From contig NC_043021.1 in the NCBI RefSeq assembly GCF_006345805.1, positions 11,780,001 through 11,844,000 of the forward strand: a DNA stretch of 64,000 nt, written 5' to 3'. The position numbers and the translations under genes are program-made. Positions 1 to 12,371 of the stretch are shown piece after piece. The stretch's first letter is position 1; each line of letters opens with the position of its first letter. Below the pieces are notes generated by a model. That model was not told the origin of the DNA. It did not search any database and saw nothing but the letters and a program-made list of their open reading frames with translations. This stretch comes from Octopus sinensis. Lineage: Eukaryota.

Positions 1-290
1 AAAAACACCTAAAGCTCCACGAGGCTCCAGCAGGGGATGGTGGTGATCCCTGCTGTACTCTTTCACCACAACTTTCTCTCACTCTTACTTCCTGTTTCTG
101 TTGTACCTGTATTTCAAAGGGCCGGCCTTGTCACTCTCTGTGTCACGCTGAATATCCCCGAGAACTACGTTAAGGGTACACGTGTCTGTGGAGTGCTCAG
201 CCACTTACACGTTAATTTCACGAGCAGGCTGTTCCGTTGATCGGATCAACCGGAACCCTCGTCGTCGTAACCGACGGAGTGCTTCCATCC
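1..290 (+). mobile_element. tRNA-derived SINE, family B (3' part; head lies outside the window)
   Basis: Near-identical to the complete copy at 32275-32640 (CACCTAAAGCTCCACGAGG...GTCGTCGTAACCGACGGAGTGC). Confidence 0.85.
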
Positions 291-588
291 ATTGTCTTGA
301 AAGTACTTGGTGACCCTGTCGGTCAGTGCAGGTGCCACTTAAAAGCACCCAGTCCACATTGTAAAGTGGTTGGTGTTAGGAAGGGCATCCAGCTGTAAAA
401 ATCCTGCCAAAAGAGTCACAGAAGTTTGGTGCAGGTTTCTGCCTGGCTGGCTCTTGTAAAACCATCCTACTTATGCTAGCATGGGAGGCAGATATTGAAA
501 TACGGTGATGATGAGGAGAAGGATAAGCTAATGCAGTGAATAAAGAATTTGAAAATACAGTCTTTTTAGCATTTATTGTCTTGGTGAC

Positions 589-1038
589 CCTGTCAGTCAG
601 GTGCCACTTAAAAGCACCCAGTCCACACTGTAAAGTGGTTGGTGTTTGGAAGGGCATCCAGCTGTAAAAACCCTGCCAAAACTGACCTTGCCCGTGCTTA
701 CGCCACGTAAAAAGCACTGGTTGAGGACAAATACAGACACGTAAAAAGCACCATCTGAGCGTGGTTGATGCCAGTGCCACCTGACTGGCTCCTGCGCCAG
801 TGGAATGTAAAAAGCACCATTCGAGTGTTATCAATGCCAGTATCGCTTGATTGGCCCCCGTGCTGGTGGCACATAAAAAGAACCCACTACACTGTTAGAG
901 TGGTTGGTATTAGAAAGGGCATCTAGCTGTAGAAACTTTGCCAAATCAGATTGGAGCCTGGCGCAGCCATCTGGTTCGCCAGTCCTCAGTCAAACCGTCA
1001 AACCCATGCCAGCATGGAAAGCAGACACTAAACGATGA
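589..1038 (+). mobile_element. SINE-like repeat family D (AAGGGCATCCAGCTGT core, GAT-repeat tail) with internal tandem subrepeats
   Basis: Core GTGGTTGGYRTTAGGAAGGGCATCCAGCTGT and tail CAAACCGTCAAACCCATGCCAGCATGGAAA...AAACGATGAT recur at more than 10 sites in the window; GAT tails are typical of RTE-mobilised elements (inference). Confidence 0.75.
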
Positions 1039-1277
1039 TATATTTTCTTTTTTTTTATTCTTTTACTTGTTTCAGTCATTTTGACTGTGGCCATGCTGGA
1101 GCACCGCCTTTAGTTGAACAAATCAACCCCAGGATATATTCTTTGTAAGCCTAGTTATTCTATCAGTCTCTTTTGCCGAACTGCTAGATTACGGGGACAT
1201 AAACACACCAACATTGGTTGTCAAGTAATGATGGGGGAACAAACACAAATACATATATATGTATGTATATATATATC

Positions 1278-1630
1278 TCTTTTACTTGTTTCAGTCATTT
1301 GACTGTGGCCATGCTGGAGCACCACCTTTAATCGAGCAAATCGACCCCAGGACTTATTCTTTTGTAAGCCCAGTACTTATTCTATCGGTCTCTTTTGCCG
1401 AACTGCTAAGTAACGGGGACATAAATACACCAGCATCGGTTGTCAAGCAATGCTAGGGGGACAAACACATACACACACGCATACATATATATATATACAT
1501 ATATACGACGGGCTTCTTTCAGTTTCCGTCTACCAAATCCACTCACAAGGCTTTGGTTGGCCCAAGGTGCCATGCAGTGGGACTGAACCGGAACCATGTG
1601 GTTGGTAAACAAGCTACTTACCACACAAGG
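1278..1630 (-). mobile_element. tRNA-derived SINE, family A (most abundant; internal TA/TG microsatellite)
   Basis: Reverse complement of the consensus GGAGTGGCTGTGTGGTAAG...GGTTCAGTCCC...CACCTTGGGCAAGTG...GACTGAAACAAGTAAAAGAG; further fragments at 1060-1250 and 1870-2415. Confidence 0.85.
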
Positions 1631-1644
1631 GTTTGACCACCTCT

Positions 1645-1790
1645 TGTACCTACACCTTAGAACCATCATGGCTTCTGATGTGGCTTTTAAACCAGACAAT
1701 GATTTGAAAAGATACCCACATAGATTGCATATCTGATTTGGACCACCAAGAGCTGCAGTTAAGTTCTGATCTTTGTGGATTTTAAAATGT
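1645..1790 (-). mobile_element. Degenerate LINE ORF2 C-terminal fragment with a C2H2-like zinc finger
   Basis: Minus strand reads ...QICNLCGYLFKSLSGLK, then after a 1-nt frameshift SHIRSHDGSKV*; CxxC...HxxxH termini occur in several non-LTR ORF2 proteins. Confidence 0.45.
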
Positions 1791-4700
1791 CATTTGAGGC
1801 CTCTGTTAGATTTGCAAACCTTCTGGCATACATTGCATTGAAAGGTGTGCACAGACATATAGGCAGAATACATATAGAACGGGCTTCTTTCAGTTTTCGT
1901 CTACCAAATCCACTCACAAAGATTTGGTCAGTCCAAGGCTATAGTAGAAGACACTTGCCCAAGGTGTCACGCGATGGGACTGAACCCAGAACCATGTGGT
2001 TGAGATACATCTGCCAAATCCACTCACAAGGCTTTGGTTGGCCCAAGGTTATAGTAGAAGACACTTGCCCAAGGTGCCACGTGATGGGACTGAACCCAGA
2101 ACCATGTGGTTGGGATACATCTACCAAATCCACTCACAAGGCTTTGGTCGGCAAAAGAGACCGATAGAATAAGTACTGGGCTTACAAAAGAATAAGTCCT
2201 GGGGTCGATTTGCTCGATTAAAGGTGGTGCTCCTGCATGGCCACAGTCAAATGACTGAAACAAGTAAAAGAGAGTAAAAGATATATATATATATATATGT
2301 ATTTGTGTTTATATATATATATATGTATTTGTAGAAGACACTTGCCCAAGGTGCCACGCAGTGGGACTGAACCTGGAGCCTTGTGACTGGGAAACAAGCT
2401 TCTTACCAAACAGTCATGTCAGTGGTGGATTTCCATTACGGGGACAATGATGATTTAGTTGTTCAATCAACAGAATCATTGAATAAATGATTAAGTGACT
2501 GAGTATACCTCAGACATGTGAACCCTTAATATAATTCTCAAACAGATATAGGCTTCCCCAATTCCTTCTCCATGTAGTAATGATAGAGATTCCAAAAAGC
2601 CACTTACACCTGTCTTGGGAGATGGGTGTAACAGAATGAAAATCTTGCAGATTTTTCTGTAGTTCTTAATGTTATTAATAAATCTCGTTTTCCGTATACT
2701 TATATTTGCTGATCTAGCTTAAAAAGCATCCAGTCAGCACTGTAAAGTGGTTGGCATTTGGAAGGGCATCCAGCTGTAAAAACTATGCCAAAACTGACCT
2801 CAGCTGTGCTGGTGCCACCTAAAAAGCACACAGCCCACTCAGTGGGGTTGTTGGTGTTAGGAAGGGCATCCAGTTGCAAAAACCTTGACCGACAGACACA
2901 GAAGTAGGGTGCAGTCTTCTGTCTAGCCAATTCCTATCAAACCCTCAAACCCATGCCAGCATGGAAGAAGGGTGTTAAGTGACGACGATGACGGTGATGA
3001 TAACCTTCTCAAATACTACTTGTTGTTTGTCACTTAGCGGTAGATTGGCAGAATCGATGGAGCGTTAGCAAAAAAAAAAATGCCTTCATGGCGGTGCCCC
3101 AGCATGGCCACAGCTCATTAGCTGAAACTGGAAAAATCAAAATCAAAATCATGTATTTTGCTCCGTATTTTTTACGTTCTGAGTTCAAATGTCGCTGAGA
3201 TCAGTTTAGTCTTCCATCCCTTCGGGAACAGATAAAATAAAATGAAGAACCGTAGTCAATTTAATTCCATCCACTAACCCCAACCCCTTTACATACACAC
3301 ACCAAATTGCAGCCCTTAACAAGGCGGCGAACTGGCATTCTTTCTAGTTGTTTACTCCCTAAGTTCAACAATTGCCGAGGTCAACTTTGCCTTTCATCCT
3401 TTACGGCGGGGATGGGATCGATAAAATAAAGTAATTTGGTCAAGTATTTTGGCCGATGTAATCGACTTGCCCCCCCCCCCAACCACCACCACCACTACCT
3501 CCCCCTCAAAATTGCCACCCTTGCGCTTATAAGTAGAAAGAATTCATTTATTTTTTTCCACTCCGAAATTCCAGAACCTTTTCTTGCAAGTTGTAATGTG
3601 TGTACATATTATTACATACCGAAGCCTTATGTCACAGAAACGTATTTCACACAAACCTTATGTTACGAAGACGTAATACATACATAACCACTTCACACGC
3701 GCGCGCGTTTTATATATTATATATGTTTATATAAAACACAGAAACAGATAATAATAACAATAATGATGACGATAATGCTGATGATGATGACCACCCCTAA
3801 GTAAAACCCAAATAAGATCTGAATATGTTTGGCTTATTAAACGGGCAGATGACATAACGGGGTGGATGGAGGTAAACATTAATATATTTCTTTGCTACCC
3901 ACAGGGGGGGCTAAGCATAGAGGGGGACAAACAAGGACAGACAAAGGGATTAATTAAGTCGATTACAATCGACCCCCAGTGCGAAACTGGTACTTTATTT
4001 ATCGACCCCGAAAGGAAGAAAACATTAATATATTTCTTTGCTACCCACAGGGGGGGCTAAGCATAGAGGGGGACAAACAAGGACAGACAAAGGGATTAAT
4101 TAAGTCGATTACATCGACCCCCAGTGCGAAACTGGTACTTTATTTATCGACCCCCTAAAGGATGAAAACATTAATAGCTGTCTTGATATTATGGTTTTGC
4201 AACGGTTAAACAGGAACAATAACAATACCGAAGGACAGACGTTGGTTGGGTGGCTGAGGGTGTAATTAGCTGATTAACATCGATGGATGTATCGAAGGAT
4301 GAAAGGCAAAGTTGACCTCGAAGGGGTATTTAACTGGAAACGTAAAAAAAAAGGGCTACAGTCAGATCCTAACGCAATGCATTTTTTCGTTCGATGATCA
4401 ACCGATTCCCTTTCCCCTCGTGATAATAAATTTCTAAGACAACCACGCACAAGGCCAGAAATTTATGCGGAAAAGGGGTTAATCGATCAAATCGATTCCT
4501 ATTGACTTAATTGGGACTGATTTTTCTCTCTGTCCTAGGAAGGTGTAAGGGGAAACATCAACAGAACCTTGGCGGGATTTGAACTCAGAATGAAAAGAGG
4601 CTGAACTAAATACATTCACCACTAATAACGACAACAATAATTATTAAATAAATAAAGAAAGAAAGAAAGAAAACTTCTAACTTCTACATGGTCCCAAGAC

Positions 4701-4912
4701 ATGCTAGAAACAGCAACCAAACATCCCTCAAACATAACCTCACCACCAAACAGTTGTTGACATAGAGACAAGGTAGGTATATTTGGAAGTGCTTTGATTA
4801 CTACAGGTTCAGTGTATCAGGGAGGGCAGACCTGGGGTTAAATAAAATGATTATAAACAATGACAAAGTATGGCTAATGCTTCAAATCAAAATACAATTA
4901 ATCTATATGCGA

Positions 4913-4954
<42 letters not shown>

Positions 4955-5017
4955 GCACGAACACACGTATATTTACTTTTACGTTTGTGTTTATATAAAT
5001 GCATACATTTGTGCATG

Positions 5018-5049
<32 letters not shown>

Positions 5050-5326
5050 TACAGTGAATGAATGTGTTTATAATATATACGGGTGTAAATATGTATTATA
5101 CATACGTGTATACATGTACATATATATACAAACTATATACACACACACGTAAAAATATATATACAAACAATACATATATATACACACATACTATACATAT
5201 ATAGTGTGTAAATAAATATGTATATAATATATACGTGTGTGAGTGAATATGTATTGTGAAAATAAATACGTATTTGTATACATACATAAACACACACATA
5301 CACACATACATATACATATACATATA

Positions 5327-5363
<37 letters not shown>

Positions 5364-5717
5364 CACACACACACACATACACTTTCCCGGTCTTTTTTTT
5401 TTTCCCCCTTTCCTTTTTTACCTTGGCTTCATTAAAAGACTCCTTTCTTAGAAATCCGTCAGCAAAAACTTTTCGTAGTCTGTGTCATATATATATAAAC
5501 GTAACAAAAAGATCCTCTCTATACATCCACAGCCACAACAACACACACCGTTCGACGAATATGTGTGTCCGTGTGCGATTTGAAACTTGTGAAACAGAAT
5601 ATAAACATCCGTGAAAGAAAGTCGGTTGTGAGTGGGAGAGAGAGAGAGCTTCGTGCTTTTTTTTTTTTTTTTCCCCCTTTCAAATGTTTCCTTTCTCCCT
5701 CCACCTTGTTTACTTAC

Positions 5718-5800
5718 AAACCGCTCCCTTACAGCTAAGTGCCTCACAGCGACTGCGCAACAAACTTCAACTTCCGGTTTCGTTTTTCGTCGAATGATAT
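5718..5800 (-). promoter_or_regulatory. Probable CpG-rich promoter and non-coding first exon of a minus-strand gene leaving the window to the left
   Basis: Non-repetitive CpG-rich patch at about 5540-5880; ETS-type CCGGAAGT on the - strand at 5770-5777; canonical donor GTAAGT on the - strand starting at 5717. Confidence 0.5.
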
Positions 5801-6074
5801 TTTTGCATAATCGGTAGAGCGCCAGGCGTTTCGTCGCTGTGTTGTCTTTTGAGTTATTTCCCCTTTACGTTGGCATGCCTCACAAGCATTTCAAACGTTT
5901 TCGAATTTGTATCCTCGTAGCTTTCAGGAAAATGGGTATATTTTGAAAAAAAACTAAAAATCTTCTATAAATGCCTTTCAGATAGATGGTGGATAATCTG
6001 GTTATTATGGAACTTGTGAAAAAAAAAATTTCCGATGGGGGTTTCGAGGAAGAGGTGTAGTTTGAGATACCAGA

Positions 6075-6204
6075 CACATGGTTCCAGGTTCAGTCCCACT
6101 GCTTGGCACCTTGGGCAAGTATCTTCTACTATAGCCCCAGTCCGTCCAAAGCCTTGTGAATGGATTTGGTAGACGGAAACTGAGAGAAGCCCGTTCTATA
6201 TATG

Positions 6205-6241
<37 letters not shown>

Positions 6242-6430
6242 TTGTTCCCCCCAACATCGCTTGACAACCGATGCTGGTGTGTTTACGTCCCTGTCACTTA
6301 GCGGTTCGGCAAAGGACCCCGACGGAATAAGTACTAGGCTTACAAAGAGTAAGTCCTGGGGTCGATTTGCTCGACTAAAGGCGGGGCTCCAGCATGGCCA
6401 CAGTCAAATGACTGAAACAAGTAAAAGAGT
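6075..6430 (+). mobile_element. SINE family A
   Basis: Matches the family A consensus, 5'-truncated; another copy at about 6955-7280. Confidence 0.85.
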
Positions 6431-7281
6431 AAATCCTGTCAGGCGATGGAAATTCCATATATGTTGGAATTTGTTGGAAAATTTGAGGAGGAGTTTGGAG
6501 GTGTATCAGACGAATTGAATAGTTTATTTTTTAGAAATAAAATCTTCTACTAAATATCAATCAGATGGTGGATGCAATTGATGGTATGATGCAATTTGCA
6601 ATAATTTTTTTTTACCCGATTAGAGGCTGAGGGGGATTTTGGGATATATCAAACAAGTCGACTTCTTTTCCTCATAACTTTCAGAAAAATGGGTATTTGC
6701 TAATGCGGAACTGCTCGTGTATAGGCACTGCGGAAACGTAGCACCCCCTATTTCCACTTGATATTATCGATAACGTTCAATATAATGAGTCCATTTTTCC
6801 TTTAGTTCTTTCTTATACACGCCCTGATACCGTCGGTATCTACATATCAAATTTGAGCGTAATCGGATGGAGGATGCCCGAGATCGTAAAAGACACACAG
6901 ACAGACAGACAGAACGGACTTTATATAATAGATTTATATATGTGTGTGTGTGGAAAACTGCTTGTTTCGCAACCACATGGTTCCGGGTTCAGTTCCACTG
7001 CGTGGCACCTTGGGCAAGTGTCTTCTACTATAGCTTCGGGCCGACCAAAGCCTTGTGAGTGGATTTGGTAGACTGAAACTGAAAGAAGCCCGTTGTGCGT
7101 GTGTTTGTGTGTCTGCATTTGTCGCCCCAACGTCGTTTGACAACCGATGTTGATGTGTTTACGTCCCCGTAATCTAGCGGTTCGGCAAAATTACTAAGAA
7201 TAAGTCCTGGGGTCGGTTTGCTCGGCTAAAGGCGGTGCTCCAGCATGGCCGCAAGTCAAATGACTGAAAAAAGAATAAAAG

Positions 7282-7329
<48 letters not shown>

Positions 7330-7330
<1 letters not shown>

Positions 7331-7622
7331 ATGTGCAATGGCCCAGTGGTTAGGGCAGCGGTCATAGGATTACGGTTTCGATTCCTAGACTAGGCATTGT
7401 GAGTGTTTATTGAGCGAAAAACTCCTAAAGCTCCACGAGACTCCGGCAGGGGGTGGTGGCAATCCCTGCTGTACTCTTTCGCCGCAACTTTCTCTCACTC
7501 TTTCTTCTGTTGGCCTGCTCGCTTAGCCAGCGGGGTGGCGTCATTTAAAGGTTAAAACAATGCGAAACGCATTGTGACCAGCGATGTGTAGCAACATCTG
7601 ATAGCCTGGTCGGTCACGGTGA
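7330..7622 (+). mobile_element. SINE family B head with alternative 3' tail (tail B2)
   Basis: Head GCAATGGCCCAGTGGTTAGGGCAGCGG, then tail CTGCTCGCTTAGCCAGCGG...GGTCGGTCACG; minus-strand homologue at 44485-44777. Confidence 0.8.
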
Positions 7623-8179
7623 TAGATATATATATATATGAAATTTGAATATAGTTCACGGACCCGCAGTACTACCTTCGCGGCTCACAGGTTGGGAACC
7701 ACTGCCGTAAGTATCATAACTTTCCCAGGTCGTCTTGAGCTTTCATACGTCGTTTAAAATAAAGTAACAACAGTTTATCTGCTAGTGTCACTGCTAGAAC
7801 AACTTGGGCCATACCCCAATAGTAGCAAGAGATGTGAGCTTTGCTTGGTCGGGTGAGCAAGAATTTTGAAAAATTCGCTCGACCAGGGAGCTTTTTTTTT
7901 TAAACTACAAAAAAGAGCTGTTTAGTCAATCAGAGGCGTTTTCAGTTGCAAGCTTGGAATCCCCCATTTACCGAAGAACACGTCATCAGCTTCGAAAAAC
8001 TATCACGGCTGGTACCGATGTAAGGGGCATAACCCCGCCCGGCCTAATAAGCCTTATCTGCAGGATTCCTTCCGGATATATTTTTTGCTTACAAAAACTA
8101 AATGATCATGACGTTTTCCTCCCACATTTGTAGAGAAGTTATGTGCTGGGCGCTTAATAGGGCCACTCTCGGAATGGCC

Positions 8180-8778
8180 GTAACAAACTTTATATAGCTA
8201 TGGTAAGACCTCACCTGGAATTTGCATCACCGGTCTGGAACCCCTATCTTGCCCAGGACATCAATCGTCTGGAAGCTGTTCAGCGACGTGCAACCAAAAG
8301 AATACCCTCCATCAGGCATTTGCCATATCCTGAACGCCTTACTTCCCTGGGCATGGACACATTGAAACTCCGACGTCTGGCAGCTGACTTGGCAGACACC
8401 CATAAAATTATCAACCATCGCACAAACAATAACTCTGAGCACCTTTTCGAACTCCACCCGTCTAACACCCGTGGACATATTTACAAAGTCAGAAAACAGC
8501 ACAGCTCCCATGACTTCAGGAACATTTTTTTCACGCTGAGAGTTGCTGAAGCATGGAACAAACTGCCGGCATCGGTTGTTAGTTGTCGGAGCACTGCATC
8601 CTTCCAAACTTCCATGCTTCCTGAGATTCGCCAACACTACACTTGATTTTCTCCCCTCCATACACACCAAGCATGTTCACTTTCCAGACATTTCTACATT
8701 ACTGCATGTACTTTATATGCACTTTCTGACAAGTTGTGGTGCACCTGAGCACTGTATACAATAATTTCATTATTATTA
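8180..8778 (+). mobile_element. CR1/L2-group LINE, 5'-truncated 3' fragment
   Basis: ORF 8200-8646 reads MVRPHLEFASPVWNPYLAQDINRLEAVQRRATK...LRRLAADL, the classic CR1-type ORF2 C-terminus; 3' UTR ends in (ATT)n; second copy at 52508-52920. Confidence 0.9.
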
Positions 8779-8834
8779 AACAACCTTCTAAATATTTTAG
8801 TGTGTGCTTCTTTTTGGGATGTATGAACTACTAA

Positions 8835-8874
<40 letters not shown>

Positions 8875-8885
8875 TTATAAACAAG

Positions 8886-9101
8886 GATAATATCGATATT
8901 TAAATATTGATATTATCAAGTGGCCAACATGGGAATAAATACTATACAAGGTAATAATTTTAATGGCTTTTAGAGTCAGGGATTTGACTGCTATTTCGGC
9001 ATGGTGGTGTCTCTCAGACACCCTATTTTAGTTGTAAAAATGATTACCTTTGTATGGTATTTATTCCCATGCTGGCCACTTGATAATATCGATATTTAAA
9101 T

Positions 9102-9108
<7 letters not shown>
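8886..9108. mobile_element. MITE-like element with about 70-bp imperfect terminal inverted repeats in a (TA)n tract
   Basis: GATAATATCGATATTTAAATATTGATATTATCAAGTGGCCAACATGGGAATAAATAC... is mirrored by ...GTATTTATTCCCATGCTGGCCACTTGATAATATCGATATTTAAATATCGAT. Confidence 0.6.
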
Positions 9109-9139
<31 letters not shown>

Positions 9140-9716
9140 CTCCAAGAAAGTTAGCGGTTGTGAGTCCAACCCACTAAGGGATAATATCTATCCAATATAC
9201 TGCTGGTAGAATACCCAATTATTAATACACAAGTGTTGGTTATTGCGCGGTAATTACATTACCTAGTGTACTAAATGGGTGAAGGTAAAGAAATATTTTA
9301 CCTATTTCTTTACTACCCTCGAGGGGCTAAACACAGAGAGGACAAGCTGTGCGTAACTGAATGCGCGAGAATATTAAAGAACTCCTTCGACATGGGGAAC
9401 ACCTTAAATTCCGGGAGATTACGCATGAAATTCTGAGACCCACAGGCCGAAAACGGATAGTGATCTAAGGGAGACAATCCCTTGCGTTTAAATCTTGATT
9501 CGCGTATTCCACAAATATCCAGGGCTTTTCTTAATCCACATTGAAGAGAGGTTACAGGCCACCGGCGATTAGGGTCCGAAGAGACGCAGTACAGCTAAGT
9601 GCTTTATGAACATGGGACCCTGGGCAACCTCATAGACCGGCCATAACTATCTTTATCTAATTACTCTCCTCCTTTATAACTTAGTGTGCTTCTCTTTCGG
9701 ATTTATGATTTACTGA

Positions 9717-9749
<33 letters not shown>

Positions 9750-9755
<6 letters not shown>

Positions 9756-11781
9756 TAAACAGTAAAATTAATTACAGACATGGACAAGAACATGAAACAC
9801 CACAGAGACGACACAAGAACCACAGGACGGGACATTCGAAGCCCTCAGTCATCAGTCAAGAACCAGATCATCTTAGCAATTTCGGCTGATTAATCTTGAG
9901 ATTGCTCCGATATGGCCAGCCCGCCAAGGGAAATCTAAGCCAAGCGCATTAGATCCCCTGGAAGAAAGCTTCGAATGTATACAACGAAAGGACGGAAAAC
10001 GATCGAAGTACACAAACAAAAATACAGAATACGTGACACCAATAAGAATACAAAAACGTAAAAACAATAACGGTAAAAATAAAAAATAAACAACAAAACA
10101 AAACCAGGACGTAGGACAAGGGTCTTTCGACAGGACGATTTGAGTATGGGGCTGGCTTGTGAAGTTGTGCCTAAAGGCCACGGGGAGACGAACAAATACG
10201 TGTTGCTTCTGCGGCTGCTGAAAACGAAAAGAGCGCTCAACAGCGGCTAGCTGTCACGTGAGAACAAAAGACAGGAGAAAGGGACAGATGAAAAGGGAGA
10301 GAAGGTGGACGAGGGAGGAGAAGAAAGAGACAGATCGAGGGGGCTGGAGGTGAGAGAGATAGAGAAACGTAGAAGGGGGGGGGGAAACGGATGGAGAGGG
10401 AAAGAAAGGAAGTGGAATAAGGGAGGAGAGAGAGAGAGGAAAAGAGACAGATTAAGAGTCGTATCAAAGCTAGAGAAAAAAATATACTTATCGTATAAGG
10501 ACAATTGTGGATACGTAGCCGCCGATTATATAGGTAAACAGTAAAATTAATTACAGACATGGACAAGAACATGAAACACCACAGAGACGACACAAGAACC
10601 ACAGGACGGGACATTCGAAGCCCTCAGTCATCAGTCAAGAACCAGATCATCTTAGCAATTTCGGCTGATTAATCTTGAGATTGCTCCGATATGGCCAGCC
10701 CGCCAAGGGAAATCTAAGCCAAGCGCATTAGATCCCCTGGAAGAAAGCTTCGAATGTATACAACGAAAGGACGGAAAACGATCGAAGTACACAACAAAAA
10801 TACAGAATACGTGACACCAATAAGAATACAAAAACGTAAAAACAATAACGGTAAAAATAAAAAATAAACAACAAAACAAAACCAGGACGTAGGACAAGGG
10901 TCTTTCGACAGGACGATTTGAGTATGGGGCTGGCTTGTGAAGTTGTGAAAGGCCACGGGGAGACGAACAAATACGTGTTGCTTCTGCGGCTGCTGAAAAC
11001 GAAAAGAGCGCTCAACAGCGGCTAGCTGTCACGTGAGAACAAAAGACAGGAGAAAGGGACAGAAAAGGAGAGAAGGTGGACGAGGGAGGAGAAGAAAGAG
11101 ACAGATCGAGGGGGCTGGAGGTGAGAGAGATAGAGAAACGTAGAAGGGGGGGGGGAAACGGATGGAGAGGGAAAGAAAGGAAGTGGAATAAGGGAGGAGA
11201 GAGAGAGAGGAAAAGAGACAGATTAAGAGTCGTATCAAGCTAGAGAAAAAAATATACTTATCGTATAAGGACAATGGTGGATACGTAGCCGCCGATTATA
11301 TAGGTAAACAGTAAAATTAATTACAGACATGGACAAGAACATGAACACCACAGAGACGACACAAGAACCACAGGACGGGACATTCGAAGCCCTCAGTCAT
11401 CAGTCAAGAACCAGATCATCTTAGCAATTTCGGCTGATAATCTTGAGATTGCTCCGATATGGCCAGCCCGCCAAGGGAAATCTAAGCCAAGCGCATTAGA
11501 TCCCCTGGAAGAAAGCTTCGAATGTATACAACGAAGGACGGAAAACGATCGAAGTACACAAACAAAAATACAGAATACGTGACACCAATACGAATACAAA
11601 AACGTAAAACATAACGGTAAAAATAAAAAATAAACAACAAAACAAAACCAGGACGTAGGACAAGGGTCTTTCGACAGGACGATTTGAGTATGGGGCTGGC
11701 TTGTGAAGTTGTGCCTAAAGGCCACGGGGAGACGAACAAATACGTGTTGCTTCTGCGGCTGCTGAAAACGAAAAGAGCGCT

Positions 11782-11785
<4 letters not shown>
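9750..11785. repeat. Tandem repeat of an about 775-bp unit (about 2.6 copies) bounded by (TA)n on both sides
   Basis: Unit start TATAGGTAAACAGTAAAATTAATTACAGACATGG at about 9750, 10529 and 11299; near-identical copies. Confidence 0.9.
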
Positions 11786-11840
<55 letters not shown>

Positions 11841-11864
11841 TATACGTGTGTGTGTATGTCATAC

Positions 11865-11895
<31 letters not shown>

Positions 11896-12088
11896 ATGAT
11901 AAATCTTTATAAACAGTAGCAGCAACACATCGTGACGTATATTTGCCATTTGAATATGGCTAACCCCTAAGGGTGGATGCTACTGTAGTTTGTAGCCCCA
12001 GGAGGACACATCCTCCAGCTGGCTATAGACACACTTTCTGTGCCCTATCAGTATTTGCGAAGGGAAGCCATCCTTCCCGTCTTCAATT

Positions 12089-12147
12089 ATGATACACACG
12101 GACTCGAGTTTCAGGGTATTGACCCGTCATCGGCGTGTGACTATCAT
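12089..12147 (-). ncRNA. Mirror copy of the candidate hammerhead ribozyme
   Basis: Exact reverse complement of 12162-12220 within the palindrome. Confidence 0.6.
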
Positions 12148-12161
12148 AGAAGTCGACAACT

Positions 12162-12220
12162 ATGATAGTCACACGCCGATGACGGGTCAATACCCTGAAA
12201 CTCGAGTCCGTGTGTATCAT
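12162..12220 (+). ncRNA. Candidate type I hammerhead ribozyme (variant core)
   Basis: Stem I ATGATA-gt-CACACG / CGTGTG-TATCAT; core CCGATGA; stem II GGG-TCAATA-CCC; GAAA; minimal stem III AC-TCGA-GT; GTC cleavage triplet ending at 12208. Confidence 0.6.
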
Positions 12221-12371
12221 AATTGAAGACGGGAAGGATGGCTTCCCTTCGCAAATACTGATAGGCACAGAAAGTGTGTCTATAGCCAGCTGGAGGAGGT
12301 GTCCTCCTGGGCTACAAACTACAGTAGCATCCACCCTTAGGGGTTAGCCATATTCAAATGGCAAATATACG

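Noticed and set aside
2608-2714. Possible minus-strand exon with a GTAAGT donor at 2607
   Set aside because: Weak acceptor and no recognisable protein similarity; unsupported without RNA data.
4847-5614. YI/CV/TH-rich ORFs (also at 41713-42384 and 30007-30650)
   Set aside because: Translations of (TA)n/(TG)n/(CA)n microsatellites.
9835-9900. Hammerhead-like CTGATGA...GAAT...GTC on the - strand (also CTGAGGA...GAAT at about 20812-20840)
   Set aside because: GAAA is replaced by GAAT, and stems I and II could not be paired consistently in both relatives.
9873-11949. Several 80-160-aa ORFs repeated three times
   Set aside because: Products of the 775-bp tandem repeat; broken by indels between copies and compositionally biased.
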